From contig JAGVWJ010000017.1 of the NCBI GenBank assembly GCA_018304385.1, positions 1 through 46,109 on the forward strand: DNA of 46,109 nt, written 5' to 3'. Both the position numbers and the translations under genes were made by a program. The notes under the pieces were generated by a model. It was not told the origin of the DNA, made no database searches, and saw only the letters and a list, made by a program, of their open reading frames with translations. Positions within the stretch are counted from its first letter, which is position 1. The number at the start of each line of letters is the position of its first letter. The DNA is from Candidatus Micrarchaeota archaeon (GTDB taxonomy: Archaea; Micrarchaeota; Micrarchaeia; Anstonellales; Bilamarchaeaceae). Shown in pieces: positions 8,249-18,465 of the stretch.

Positions 8249-9301
8249 TCACTGTCCCCTGCCCAACACGTACTTCCCATACAATCTATTAAAAATTTTA
8301 TATCTTCCTCTAGCAATTTTTCTTAAGTTTCCGCTTTCAGCTAGGCGAAGCACAAGCGTGGTAACTGTATTTAATGGTTTATTAAGCTGCACAGCAACAT
8401 CACTAACAGTTGCCTCTCCATTTGCGAATGCCCCTAGTACTTCTCGCTCACCAGATGATGTTTCTTCATATAAATCATCAAAAAGCTCACGCGATAAATT
8501 ACTCATTATTGTAGGTAAATAAGCGATATAATGCCCTCTGGAAATAATCCTTTCATTTTCTTTTATCTTATCATATATTGTCCAGCAAATTGTCAACAGC
8601 ACAAGTGGGTGGCCTTGGGAATCATCAATTATTGTATGCAAACATTCTTCTCCAACCTTAATCTTGCTGGGCGCAAGCGATTTCTCAATAAGCTCTGTTA
8701 TATCTTTTTGATTGAGCTCTGAGACATAAATTGGTCTAAATAATTCCTTATATTCATGTAAATGCAATTCACCGCTACTAGAAAGCACAAGCATATAATG
8801 TATTTTTTTATCTGCAAGTTTTGTAAATAAACTAATTAGTCTTCTCAATGATTCTTTTGAGAGGTTATGTGCATCATCAATAAGAAAAACAATTGCAGAT
8901 AGATCCTTTTTCATATCAGTATATATCCCTTCCATTGTTTTTTCGCAGTTATTGTCATTGATTTTTACATTTTTTAGCGATTCTGTATATTTTTTTGTTA
9001 GCGCGCCAAGTGATATTTTTTCATTTATTGTATTTTCAAGTTCATCTATTAAGCGTTGTAAATCATCGCTTTTATGGCTGCGAAAAAGCACTGCCAATGC
9101 CTTATTTTTTTCTGCAATTGCTTGATAGTATCGAAGCAGGGATGTTTTTCCAATGCCTTTAGTGCCAATAACAAGCATAAAAACTGGCTGCCCAGCAAGT
9201 GTTGAAGATAGATAACTGTTAAACAGATTCACTTCCTCTTTTCTGCCAACTAGCTCTTCTGGCTTTTGTATACCAGGTGTAAATGGATTGATGCCTCTCA
9301 T
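8249..9301 (-). CDS. Archaeal AAA-type P-loop ATPase with C-terminal winged helix
   Basis: NPF...LVGRKEE start, Walker A GTKGIGKT, Walker B FLIDDAH, GHPLVL; C-terminal HTH (TVSDVAVQLNKPLNTVTTLVLRL). Confidence 0.88.
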   Translation of the reverse strand: MRGINPFTPGIQKPEELVGRKEEVNLFNSYLSSTLAGQPVFMLVIGTKGIGKTSLLRYYQAIAEKNKALAVLFRSHKSDDLQRLIDELENTINEKISLGALTKKYTESLKNVKINDNNCEKTMEGIYTDMKKDLSAIVFLIDDAHNLSKESLRRLISLFTKLADKKIHYMLVLSSSGELHLHEYKELFRPIYVSELNQKDITELIEKSLAPSKIKVGEECLHTIIDDSQGHPLVLLTICWTIYDKIKENERIISRGHYIAYLPTIMSNLSRELFDDLYEETSSGEREVLGAFANGEATVSDVAVQLNKPLNTVTTLVLRLAESGNLRKIARGRYKIFNRLYGKYVLGRGQ

Positions 9302-9423
9302 AAAAATATAATAGATCAAAACTATTAAAAAACTACGTGATTTGTCGCTTCCGTCGCTAACTTTATGTCAGTAAACTGCTATATTTAAATAGGCTGGAAT
9401 CGCGTTATAATCAGGTGTTTAAA

Positions 9424-12400
9424 ATGCGCACGAATAAAATATTGCTGTTGGCGTTGTTCATACTCGTTTTTGTTAGTTTTATCTCTGTGATTTTTGCAGT
9501 TGATCCAGTCCCCTCTCCAGGCTCATCTTCACCAGCTTCAGGTTCATCTCCGTCGGGAACTTCAGTTTATGGTCGTTATAATCCTTCTGTACAAGGAAGT
9601 GTTGTTGTAATGACTAAGACAGAAACTGGAGAAGGCGATACAGTTGAAAAAGGCTTTGAAGTTAGTGTATTCAATATTCCTCCCAGTGCACCTCCAGCAA
9701 GACTTACAGATGATGAGTTAAGAGCGCTCTCAGAGCAATACGAAGGCGATCCATTAGGCGCAATGCGCGTTGCAATGGCGCGTTTTGGTGTTGGCCATGC
9801 ATTAAACAATAATTATGAATCAGTTCCAAATGCAAATGTAAAATTAGAATATCAGGCAGGCGCAAGATGGGATCCAGTCCCTGGATGCGAGAATCTAGTT
9901 ACAAGTGATCAAAAAATTGATGCAAACGGCAGGGATTATTACTACAAACCTTGCGCTGTTCCGCAAGATCTTTATGATAATGTTTGTACAAATTTTAGGG
10001 CAACATTTGTTCCAACTCCCGAGCAAAATCTTAGATACGCGCAGCAAACAAGCACAATATGCGCTGAAAAAATTGGTGGCGTGGATGCATTCGAACGAGG
10101 TGTAAGTAATTTGTTCGATCCAACAGGTTTAAGCACATCTGATCCTCGCTACTGGAAATATGTTGGATTTGCTGCATTGCTTGGTATGCTTTTATCTGGA
10201 ATGTACTTTAGTGGCAAGAGTCCAATCTCTTTATTAGATATTGCGCAGCCTCGCTTACCTGGCCCAAAAACATTTGCAGCAGGCGGTCAGATACTTGGTC
10301 CATTTGGTTATACTGAAATGAAGAAAACAACATTGGACAAGATGAAGGCAACGCATGCAATACTTGCAGGTGAGCTTGGACACATGCTTAGAGATACAAG
10401 ATTAAGCGGTGGGACAAAATCATTGCTTGCTAGTATGACTGGTTCCATGAAATTAAACGCAATTGAGAGGAACATAGGTAATGAGATAGAGAGAGCGAGA
10501 ACATTCGCAAACTCTTTAGGTGCACTTCACGCTAAAAATGGTGGTGATCTTCACAGCATACGCGCGCTATTAACCAAGCATGTAAATGATTATAGTAAGG
10601 CAGAGCATGAGTTGTTAGCTAAAACGTTGAATGATATTGAAAGAAGGGGCACAGCACATGATGTTATGCTTGCCCAGCAACTTAAACACCAAGCAGAAGG
10701 ATCAATGTTATACAGACAGTTACTTACACTTACTGGAGTTGGAGTTGCACCAGGTACAAGCGGTTGGTTAAGATCACAAGTTTTAGGAAAGACAATCGGT
10801 GGCGGTAGATATAGTGTATTAAGTTATACATTTCCTCCTATAATTGATTCAGCTATTCGTAGTGTACCAATTGCAGGCAGATGGGCAAAGGCAGCTGTAG
10901 CAGAAACAGGATTATTTATTGCAAACAGATTCAGCGGTGGAAGAGGATTTGAAAAGCTTGCTCAATATGATCAAAGGCTTGCTACTGATCAATCACTTGT
11001 TAAAAAATATTTCTTAGGCAAGGCAGTTCATGGCTTATATGAAATGCTTAGAACACAACATCCTGATTATATCGCAGTAGGAGGCAAGGCGCCAATAATG
11101 CAAAAAATGGCTCATTTATATAATACTGTGGAGCGCGAGGCATATAGCGATCTAATGAGACATGTTATGAAAGAGCTTTATAGAGAATATGGAATAGAAT
11201 TAGAGGGGATTGTTAGTGACCCGCATGGTTTATTGTTTGTAGATTTATTAGAAAGAACAGGTGCCAATCACGCAGATGTTGCAAGGCTTAGGGCAATGGA
11301 AGAAGAGCTAAGAAGAATTTTAGGTTCTCGTTTGGAAAGCCATGAAAAACTTGCAGAGCTAATCCAACTTGCGAGAAAAGAAGGAACTCACCTAGATGGA
11401 TCAGTTTTCAGAGCGCAAGAAGGATTAAATCATTTAAGGGCTTCAGAAATTCCAGAGCATATAAGACTATTCGAGCTTCAAGCACACTTAGAATCATTTT
11501 ATCCTGGGGCAGAAGAAGCAGCAGGCCGCCAGTTTAGATATACAGCCGGAAGAACACCTAATGAGCAAGAGGCATTTGAGCATTATGTACTAGGTAGAAT
11601 AATTCGCGATATAGAGATGAAAATGACTGGCGAAATTGGAATGAGGTATGGAGCAACTGAAGGCATTAAAGAGGCACTGGATGCTAGCCATGCAGAAATG
11701 CAAAACAGAGTTTATACAATTAATCCATTGGCTGAATTAGGGAAAGAGCTGGGGAAAAAAGGTCTTAAGATTCAATACGATGAGCATGGAAAAATAATTA
11801 GGACACAAGAGGTAATAGATGCAGCAAATGATATTGCAAGAAAGTCCTTTGGTGGCGGTGAATTAGCAAAGGATGTCAGGGCAAGCTTAATGAAAGCAGG
11901 TATGAATCCTGATGAGTATGCAAGAAGAATAGTAACTGGTGAACGATTAATAGATATGCACGAGCGTGGGGTGCAATCATTGCGTAATTTGCTTTCAGAA
12001 GAAGGAAAGAAAGCGCTTAAAGAATTGTTTGGCCAGGCATTTGATCCGAACAAGGCAACTATTAATGAATTACAGTTTGTACTTTATGGCGGTGCGGATT
12101 TACTAAGAAATCGTGGTTTCAGCTCTGCAGAAATAAGAAAATTCATGGATCTGGCTGGTGATGCAGAGGGTTTAATGGCACGTGTAGATAAAAGATCAGG
12201 TCAGGTATTCTGGCCTGGTACAAACATTGAGCTAAAACCAAATCCAGATCACTGGAAGGCAGATATGGGTAGGCTTTGGGCATTTGCTCCAAGTGACCGT
12301 GAATCATATGCATTAGGTCAGTGGGTTAAAAACAAAATGGCAAGAACACATGAAGGGGCGTTAAATCTTGAAATTGAAAAAATAGTGGAAGGTCAAAGAG

Positions 12401-15276
12401 ATTATAAAATGGCACAGCTAACTGCAAGAGGTTTAACAGATGCAGAAGCACTTCGTGTAGTAACTGAAGCCCACAGTATGGAAACCAGGGATTTATGGGT
12501 TAGAAGAGAATTAGTTAAGGATATGCATAATAGATTAAATTCATTTGCACCTGAGGCATATGAGGTTACTGGCGCGCGCATAAATGATTTATCTACTCAA
12601 GTTCGTGCATTACTTGCTAATTATCTAAGTAAGAGAGATGGTGGTGCAGAAGCACATGCAGAAACAATGGAATGGTTAGTTAGAGGTTTTAATGCAAGGG
12701 ATGAGGGGCATAGGGACAGATTATTATCATTATTAAGAGAGCATGAAAAAGATTTCAAGGCATATATGGAAAAACCAGTTTCTTATTCAGATATCAGCAG
12801 TGGCAGGCAAGTCTGGGTCATGCTATATGAAGGTGGTATGGTTCCATATGTCAAAGGTATGAAGGTTAGTGATAATGATCGTATAATGGGCGGATATGTT
12901 GCAATAAAAGATCAGAATGGCAGATGGAGAAAATTCGATCCGAATAGTGCTAGGATAAATCTAACTGAGTTTAGCGAAAAAGAAATTACAGAAAAACAAA
13001 AGGAATTAGAAAAATTAATAGAAAATAAAAGAAAAGCCTTGCGTGCAAATGGGGCTATAACAGAAGAAGATGAAAGGCAGCATGCTACATTATTGGCTAA
13101 ACAGCAACATGGTGAAGCCCTAGCTGCACATGAAGATGAATTACTTGCTAGATTAAAAACAAAGTTTGACCAAAAAGTTCTCGGTGATAAGGAAGAGGGC
13201 GCACTAGATAAATTAAAACAGAAACTTGGGCTTCAAATGGCATGGAATGCAATAGCTGGTGAAATAGATCCACGTAAAGTAAAAATGGATGCATTAGGAA
13301 ACCCATTAACATGGTCAGATCTAGATAGAGGAAGCTTTATAGCAAAAACAAGGGCATGGAGAGAAGAAGTAGCACAAGGCACAAAAGAATATTACGAAAG
13401 AGAAAAGGTATTCAATGCTGTGCTTTGGCGTTATGCAAATGTTACGCATGATTGGCAAAGCCATTGGCACGAAAGCACCATACAAGTTGTTCCAAAGCGT
13501 GATACAATTCCAATGGCTCCGCAGGCATGGAGGATTTTCACAGGCAAACACGATTTAGATTCAATGGTAGCATTAAAACCAATAAGAAATTTCTTCCTTG
13601 GTGTAGGTGATGCATTATCTAAAATATCTATTGCTTCAGCAGGTCCAATATTAAATGCAAGCTATGCCGTTACACCATTTTCAGAATATTATAGATTACA
13701 ATCTTGGCGTATGGCGCATGATATCTTACACAGAAGAAACTGGGATGAGGTATTAGCAGACATAGCAGATCCAACAGAACGCGCAAAGGTAAGAAGTTTA
13801 TACGAAGCATCAGCATTATCACACGGCGCTTATCATATAGTATGGGATTATGCAATAGATAGAAATCCATGGCGTCACTCTACAAGTTATGGTGCGCATC
13901 AGGCATGGGGCAGCTTCTTCCACTTTGGTCCTGCAGAGCCATTCTCAGTTCGTCATAATCTACGTCCATTATATGGCGGGCAAATGGGTGGCGGAGCAGT
14001 TGGTTTAGGAGATCTAGAAGGGAACAGAGTTCAGAGGTTTTTAGCAGGGTTTTCACAAAAATTCAATCGTGCTGCATCTAGCGCAGAGTGGGGTATATTT
14101 AATGTACAGTATGGTCTGCCTATAAGAGCAGCAAGGGCAGCGTTCATACCATTTGCAGCAGCAACACGTGCATTCCAGATGAGTATCCAAGGTTATCCAA
14201 GCAGATGGGATATAAAAGAAAGCCCAATGAAGCCATGGAATTATACTAATGTAAGATTTGGTGAGGCATTCCGTGCAATGTCTCCACTTGCATCATTCAC
14301 CCAATTTAGTTTACCATTTAAGATACCAATTCCTCCAGTTGGAGATCTGGTTGGTAAAATTCCTTTAGTAGGTAGTGCATTAAAGTCCCAAATCTTTGAT
14401 AGATTCGATGGTAAAAAAGTAGATATATCTGAGCCATGGGGCAGCTCTTTAGAGCGTTCTCACCTAGCTGGCAGGGAATTTACTGCCGGGCTAAGGCAAG
14501 TACCACAGGATATTTCCTTTAATCGCGTTGGTGTATTTGCAAGCGCAAGAACTGGAGAAGCAAACCCAGGCGGAAGCTACTATGACTATCGTGCATATCT
14601 ACATCTGGATCCGGCTATGGCAGAGTATTTAGCATATAGAAGCGGTGAGATGTCTGCATATTTCAGATCTCAAAAATATGTTGCAGGTCAAGCGCATACA
14701 GGTACTATAAAAAGAACAGTTGCAGCAGAAGCAAAAGCCATGCGCGCAGAAGAAGAGCTTCGCGGATTTGGCATGCTTCAAAATCCATTATATTCCTGGT
14801 TTAATCCAGCACTATTCATATGGCATTCTGGTTTAGGTTTCATTCCATTTTTACCATCATTATCTCCACACGAGCTACTACAGAGTTATGCTCAAAGAAA
14901 ACAAAGAGGGGAAAAGGTAACTATTAAAGAAACTGCAGCTAAAATGGCTAGCGATTTCTCTGAAAAATTAAGAATGAACTGGGCGCCAGTTGGCTTTAAT
15001 GCGGATATAGGTTTATTCAAGCCAAAAACATGGGTAAATCTTTTCAAGCCTTCAACATGGAAAGAAGCTACATTCGCTCCAGGTATGAGATGGAGACCTG
15101 GCAGAAGCGTATTTGCAGCCTCATGTCCAAGATGCGGAACTGGCGGATACTTAGGGACAGTATGCAGAGGATGCAGTACATTACTATATGATGCAGATTA
15201 CAGACCAGGTGGAAGAACAATAGATAAAAAATGGGCAACAAGCTGGTCTATTTGGGCGAGAAGGGGAAGAGTATAG
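9424..15276 (+). CDS. Giant (~1950 aa) membrane-anchored protein of unknown function
   Basis: Signal peptide; Cys-containing N-terminal domain; one TM helix (YVGFAALLGMLLSGMYF); long helical region; C-terminal CPRC...CRGC Zn-ribbon; SD AGGTG before ATG 9424. Confidence 0.85.
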   Translation: MRTNKILLLALFILVFVSFISVIFAVDPVPSPGSSSPASGSSPSGTSVYGRYNPSVQGSVVVMTKTETGEGDTVEKGFEVSVFNIPPSAPPARLTDDELRALSEQYEGDPLGAMRVAMARFGVGHALNNNYESVPNANVKLEYQAGARWDPVPGCENLVTSDQKIDANGRDYYYKPCAVPQDLYDNVCTNFRATFVPTPEQNLRYAQQTSTICAEKIGGVDAFERGVSNLFDPTGLSTSDPRYWKYVGFAALLGMLLSGMYFSGKSPISLLDIAQPRLPGPKTFAAGGQILGPFGYTEMKKTTLDKMKATHAILAGELGHMLRDTRLSGGTKSLLASMTGSMKLNAIERNIGNEIERARTFANSLGALHAKNGGDLHSIRALLTKHVNDYSKAEHELLAKTLNDIERRGTAHDVMLAQQLKHQAEGSMLYRQLLTLTGVGVAPGTSGWLRSQVLGKTIGGGRYSVLSYTFPPIIDSAIRSVPIAGRWAKAAVAETGLFIANRFSGGRGFEKLAQYDQRLATDQSLVKKYFLGKAVHGLYEMLRTQHPDYIAVGGKAPIMQKMAHLYNTVEREAYSDLMRHVMKELYREYGIELEGIVSDPHGLLFVDLLERTGANHADVARLRAMEEELRRILGSRLESHEKLAELIQLARKEGTHLDGSVFRAQEGLNHLRASEIPEHIRLFELQAHLESFYPGAEEAAGRQFRYTAGRTPNEQEAFEHYVLGRIIRDIEMKMTGEIGMRYGATEGIKEALDASHAEMQNRVYTINPLAELGKELGKKGLKIQYDEHGKIIRTQEVIDAANDIARKSFGGGELAKDVRASLMKAGMNPDEYARRIVTGERLIDMHERGVQSLRNLLSEEGKKALKELFGQAFDPNKATINELQFVLYGGADLLRNRGFSSAEIRKFMDLAGDAEGLMARVDKRSGQVFWPGTNIELKPNPDHWKADMGRLWAFAPSDRESYALGQWVKNKMARTHEGALNLEIEKIVEGQRDYKMAQLTARGLTDAEALRVVTEAHSMETRDLWVRRELVKDMHNRLNSFAPEAYEVTGARINDLSTQVRALLANYLSKRDGGAEAHAETMEWLVRGFNARDEGHRDRLLSLLREHEKDFKAYMEKPVSYSDISSGRQVWVMLYEGGMVPYVKGMKVSDNDRIMGGYVAIKDQNGRWRKFDPNSARINLTEFSEKEITEKQKELEKLIENKRKALRANGAITEEDERQHATLLAKQQHGEALAAHEDELLARLKTKFDQKVLGDKEEGALDKLKQKLGLQMAWNAIAGEIDPRKVKMDALGNPLTWSDLDRGSFIAKTRAWREEVAQGTKEYYEREKVFNAVLWRYANVTHDWQSHWHESTIQVVPKRDTIPMAPQAWRIFTGKHDLDSMVALKPIRNFFLGVGDALSKISIASAGPILNASYAVTPFSEYYRLQSWRMAHDILHRRNWDEVLADIADPTERAKVRSLYEASALSHGAYHIVWDYAIDRNPWRHSTSYGAHQAWGSFFHFGPAEPFSVRHNLRPLYGGQMGGGAVGLGDLEGNRVQRFLAGFSQKFNRAASSAEWGIFNVQYGLPIRAARAAFIPFAAATRAFQMSIQGYPSRWDIKESPMKPWNYTNVRFGEAFRAMSPLASFTQFSLPFKIPIPPVGDLVGKIPLVGSALKSQIFDRFDGKKVDISEPWGSSLERSHLAGREFTAGLRQVPQDISFNRVGVFASARTGEANPGGSYYDYRAYLHLDPAMAEYLAYRSGEMSAYFRSQKYVAGQAHTGTIKRTVAAEAKAMRAEEELRGFGMLQNPLYSWFNPALFIWHSGLGFIPFLPSLSPHELLQSYAQRKQRGEKVTIKETAAKMASDFSEKLRMNWAPVGFNADIGLFKPKTWVNLFKPSTWKEATFAPGMRWRPGRSVFAASCPRCGTGGYLGTVCRGCSTLLYDADYRPGGRTIDKKWATSWSIWARRGRV

Positions 15277-15282
15277 TTTCTG

Positions 15283-15360
15283 CAATGAGCCATGAGCAGT
15301 GAGCAATGGGCAGTTGGTTTCCAGTTGCCAGTTTCCAGTTTTGGATTTGGAATTTGGAGT
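15283..15360 (+). repeat. Degenerate heptamer tandem repeats
   Basis: CAATGAG CCATGAG CAGTGAG CAATGGG CAGTTGG, then CCAGTTG CCAGTTT CCAGTTT, then TGGATT TGGAATT. Confidence 0.85.
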
Positions 15361-15445
15361 GATGTGGTGTATAATGCATTTGCATCAAAGTAAGCAAATT
15401 GGAAATTAACAAATCTATAAAAATCAAACTGGTGGATATATCTTC

Positions 15446-18001
15446 ATGAAACATTTGCATCTATTATTTCTAGTATTTCTATTTCTTTTCATTTCAGGCT
15501 GCACTGATTCTGTAAGACAATATTCACAAGTTTATGGAGAAGGATTAGATAGAACCCCAAAAGGTGTTTTTGATTATAATCAATTCCAATCATGCACGCC
15601 GGGCCAATGCTATTGTTTTACATGCACAAATTCTTCATCTTCTTTTTATTCTGATTTTACTTCATTAAAAGGTGGTATATGCAAAGTTGAAACAAACTGC
15701 AATCAATCAAATTTCAATGCACTTAAAGAGCAAAGCGGGGATGGAGAATTTGATGTAATTACTGAAGGCGGTAAGGGTTGGACTGTTAGGCAGTTTATGA
15801 TTGGCCAAGGTGCAACATTTGCAGATTTTGGTCCAGCAAATCAGCAATGCGGTGATCGCCTAGATATGACTGTGCGCTGGCTTTACGCAAAATCATTTGG
15901 AGAAAGAATGAAGAGTTATCCAATGCCGATAAAGGAAAGAGGGGAATGTTTTTTAAAAATAGGCGTAATTCCAGTATATCTATTATATAGCGAAGGGAAA
16001 AATGTAAATATTACTGGTGCAGAGCAAATAGCATTAGAGTTTGGAGGTGCTGAACCTGCTGGCCCAGTTATTTTTACAACAGAAGTTGATTTTGATAGCT
16101 CTAATGATGATATCTTGCATAATGTTAGTGAACAGATAATAAAAATGAAAGATGCATGTCCAAATTGTTTAATTGCTGTTGCACCAAAAATGAATGACCA
16201 AGATGGTTTGAAGAGGTTATATGATACATACCCAGATGCATTACCAAAAACAGATTTAGTAGCTTATGGTATAAATACAAGATATTCAAAAGTAGATTGT
16301 AGAACATCCGAGAGCGCGGTGGATGATATTTATACAAATGAGGCATTAAATTTTAGCAGGCATGTACGCGATGTATATCACAAACCAACGCTAGTTACTT
16401 ATATGCTTTTTGAAGAAGATCCAATAGATCTTGCAAAGAGTTGCTGGACAGAATACAATGTTTATAATGCAACTAATCCTGAGGGTAATGCACATACAAA
16501 GTTTTTTGGAACCTATTTGATTCCATTCTTACAATCTGGAGTAATGGGTGTTGCGCCTTATCGATATAATAATACTGTTGAAGATCCACTTAGATGCCCA
16601 ACATGCAGGCTTGGTGCGTCGCAAGATCGTTTGCGCAGTTGGTTTGGCTGGTGTCAGTCACATAAAATTACTGCAAGCCAATTACCAGAAGAGGTTGCGC
16701 CTACGGGTGATTTGCTCTTGCGTTATGCTAATTCAAGCAGTGCTTATTGTGAAGAAACAACCAATTATGAGCTTTATTCACAGATTAAATTTACTGATAA
16801 AGATTTTCTAAGACCAGAGACACCAGAACTGGGTTCACCGTTAACAAATCCAGATACTGGCAAGCAGATAAGGGTTACATGCGAGCCTTGCGCAAATCAA
16901 AATGGAACAGAATTTCCATTTGATGTTGGATCGCGCGTTGGTGGAGCACAGCCTAGTTGGTGTAGTAGATATGAATCTGAAATATCCTCATCTGCAGATC
17001 CACTAGATGTAGATGCAATGATGGTCCGTGCAATAATTTGGACTGAAAGTAGTGGATTAGAAGTTGATGAAAATTATGCTGATTTAAATGCAGGAAAATG
17101 TGCCATATCACAGGTTGCATATAATCAAGATTGTTATGATAAAGGGTATGATCTTGTTGATGATCCGGATGCTGTTTGCCCTGCTGCACCGCGCCAGATA
17201 GATATTAGCGATGAGGATAGTCGCCCACAAAAGCGCTATTGCGCATTTGGTTTAATGCAAACAATAGATTCACCTTATCCATATTGGAAAGAAGGCGATC
17301 CATTTTGGGATAACAATGATGCAGATCTAGATCGAGCAATGCCTGATGTCGGTATGCAAAATACAAGAAGAGGGCGTGAAATAAGAGATCTTGCATTTGA
17401 TTGCGCAGGTACAGATGGTAAGTTTAATCCGTTTAATCCTTCGCATAATATATGCAATGGCGTAAGCAAATTTAGATTATATCTGGATGAAGGTCTGGAT
17501 TTTGCCGAGAATCATGCAGCAGAATTAAATGCTACTACTGATGATGAGCTAGATACTAATAAGGTTAATTTCTTAGGTTATTATTTTGCATTACTTAAAT
17601 ATAACGGAAGATATAGCAAATATGGCGGTCCAACCAGTTGGATGACTCAGTTTAATGCCCAAAAAACAATGACCCCAGAGGATTGTACAGCACAAGATGA
17701 TCCAGCATCTAGATATATCTGTTCAGGTGTTGATGGGGATTTAGCAGGGGATTTAAATGGACCTGGATTAGTAAGCAGCAGTTGTAGAGATATAATGGGT
17801 ACAGGAGATTTCATAAAGTTCACTAGGGTTTGTGTTTTTAACCAGAATAGAAATCCAGGTACAGATCCCCCTGCTCCTGATATAGATTATGGCAGCGATG
17901 TATTCAGAAGATATCTAACACTAGTTGGCACAAAAGATCGTCCTGGTGTTTGCAGGGATGCTGCATGCGGCCAAGGGGTTGTGCAGGAAATAGGTAACTG
18001 A
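15446..18001 (+). CDS. Lipoprotein with glycoside-hydrolase-like TIM-barrel region and lytic transglycosylase (SLT)-like domain
   Basis: FISGC lipobox; VDAMMVRAIIWTESS (Glu 17045), AFGLMQ (to 17260), FNPSHNICNG, ALLKYNG (to 17608) match SLT motifs I-III in order. Confidence 0.75.
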   Translation: MKHLHLLFLVFLFLFISGCTDSVRQYSQVYGEGLDRTPKGVFDYNQFQSCTPGQCYCFTCTNSSSSFYSDFTSLKGGICKVETNCNQSNFNALKEQSGDGEFDVITEGGKGWTVRQFMIGQGATFADFGPANQQCGDRLDMTVRWLYAKSFGERMKSYPMPIKERGECFLKIGVIPVYLLYSEGKNVNITGAEQIALEFGGAEPAGPVIFTTEVDFDSSNDDILHNVSEQIIKMKDACPNCLIAVAPKMNDQDGLKRLYDTYPDALPKTDLVAYGINTRYSKVDCRTSESAVDDIYTNEALNFSRHVRDVYHKPTLVTYMLFEEDPIDLAKSCWTEYNVYNATNPEGNAHTKFFGTYLIPFLQSGVMGVAPYRYNNTVEDPLRCPTCRLGASQDRLRSWFGWCQSHKITASQLPEEVAPTGDLLLRYANSSSAYCEETTNYELYSQIKFTDKDFLRPETPELGSPLTNPDTGKQIRVTCEPCANQNGTEFPFDVGSRVGGAQPSWCSRYESEISSSADPLDVDAMMVRAIIWTESSGLEVDENYADLNAGKCAISQVAYNQDCYDKGYDLVDDPDAVCPAAPRQIDISDEDSRPQKRYCAFGLMQTIDSPYPYWKEGDPFWDNNDADLDRAMPDVGMQNTRRGREIRDLAFDCAGTDGKFNPFNPSHNICNGVSKFRLYLDEGLDFAENHAAELNATTDDELDTNKVNFLGYYFALLKYNGRYSKYGGPTSWMTQFNAQKTMTPEDCTAQDDPASRYICSGVDGDLAGDLNGPGLVSSSCRDIMGTGDFIKFTRVCVFNQNRNPGTDPPAPDIDYGSDVFRRYLTLVGTKDRPGVCRDAACGQGVVQEIGN

Positions 18002-18004
18002 CTG

Positions 18005-18039
18005 CATTGAGCCGTGAGCCTTCAGCAATGAGCAAGTTG
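18005..18039 (+). repeat. Heptamer tandem repeats
   Basis: CATTGAG CCGTGAG CCTTCAG CAATGAG CAAGTTG. Confidence 0.8.
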
Positions 18040-18040
18040 G

Positions 18041-18238
18041 TTATTTTCGTTTTGCTAGTTTTTTCATAGTTTCTTCAACATAAGCATCTGCTTCTTTATC
18101 TTCAGCATCAACTTGAGTGGTATGCAACATTTCAAGTACTTTTGAATAGGCGATTCCATATATTTCTGAAATTTTCCTAATACTGTAGCCTTGCCTTCTG
18201 GCGTTTATGACTTTCATCTCGTCGATTTTTTGTTCCAT
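18041..18238 (-). CDS. Small HTH-like protein
   Basis: RRQGYSIRKISEIYGIAYSKVLEML resembles a helix-turn-helix. Confidence 0.65.
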   Translation of the reverse strand: MEQKIDEMKVINARRQGYSIRKISEIYGIAYSKVLEMLHTTQVDAEDKEADAYVEETMKKLAKRK

Positions 18239-18303
18239 AAAGTAATATAAATAAAGAAATTTATAAGATTTTGTAATTTTTGTTGGGTTTATAAGTTATG
18301 TAG

Positions 18304-18465
18304 AAGAAAACCCTAGATCGATTGGCGTGGCAAAAGAAAAATATTAGCCACGTCTCTATAGAAAACATAAGTAGTACGACGTCTTTGTAAGAATGAGATC
18401 GAGGAAAACGAAGTTTTCCGAGAGATTTGCTCGAAGAGCAAACAGAAAATATAAGAAAACCCTAG
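18304..18465. repeat. Hairpin-rich element bounded by a 13-bp direct repeat (AAGAAAACCCTAG)
   Basis: Direct repeats 18304-18316 and 18453-18465; hairpins CGTGGC/GCCACG, GGAAAAC-GAA-GTTTTCC (18403-18419), TTTGCTC-GAA-GAGCAAA (18426-18442). Confidence 0.75.

Noticed and set aside
9338-9375. Possible sRNA or hairpin upstream of the giant gene
   Set aside because: No complete C/D or H/ACA box set and no convincing stem
15283-15360. Short tandem repeats as a CRISPR array
   Set aside because: Units are 7 bp and contiguous with no unique spacers; no cas genes in the window
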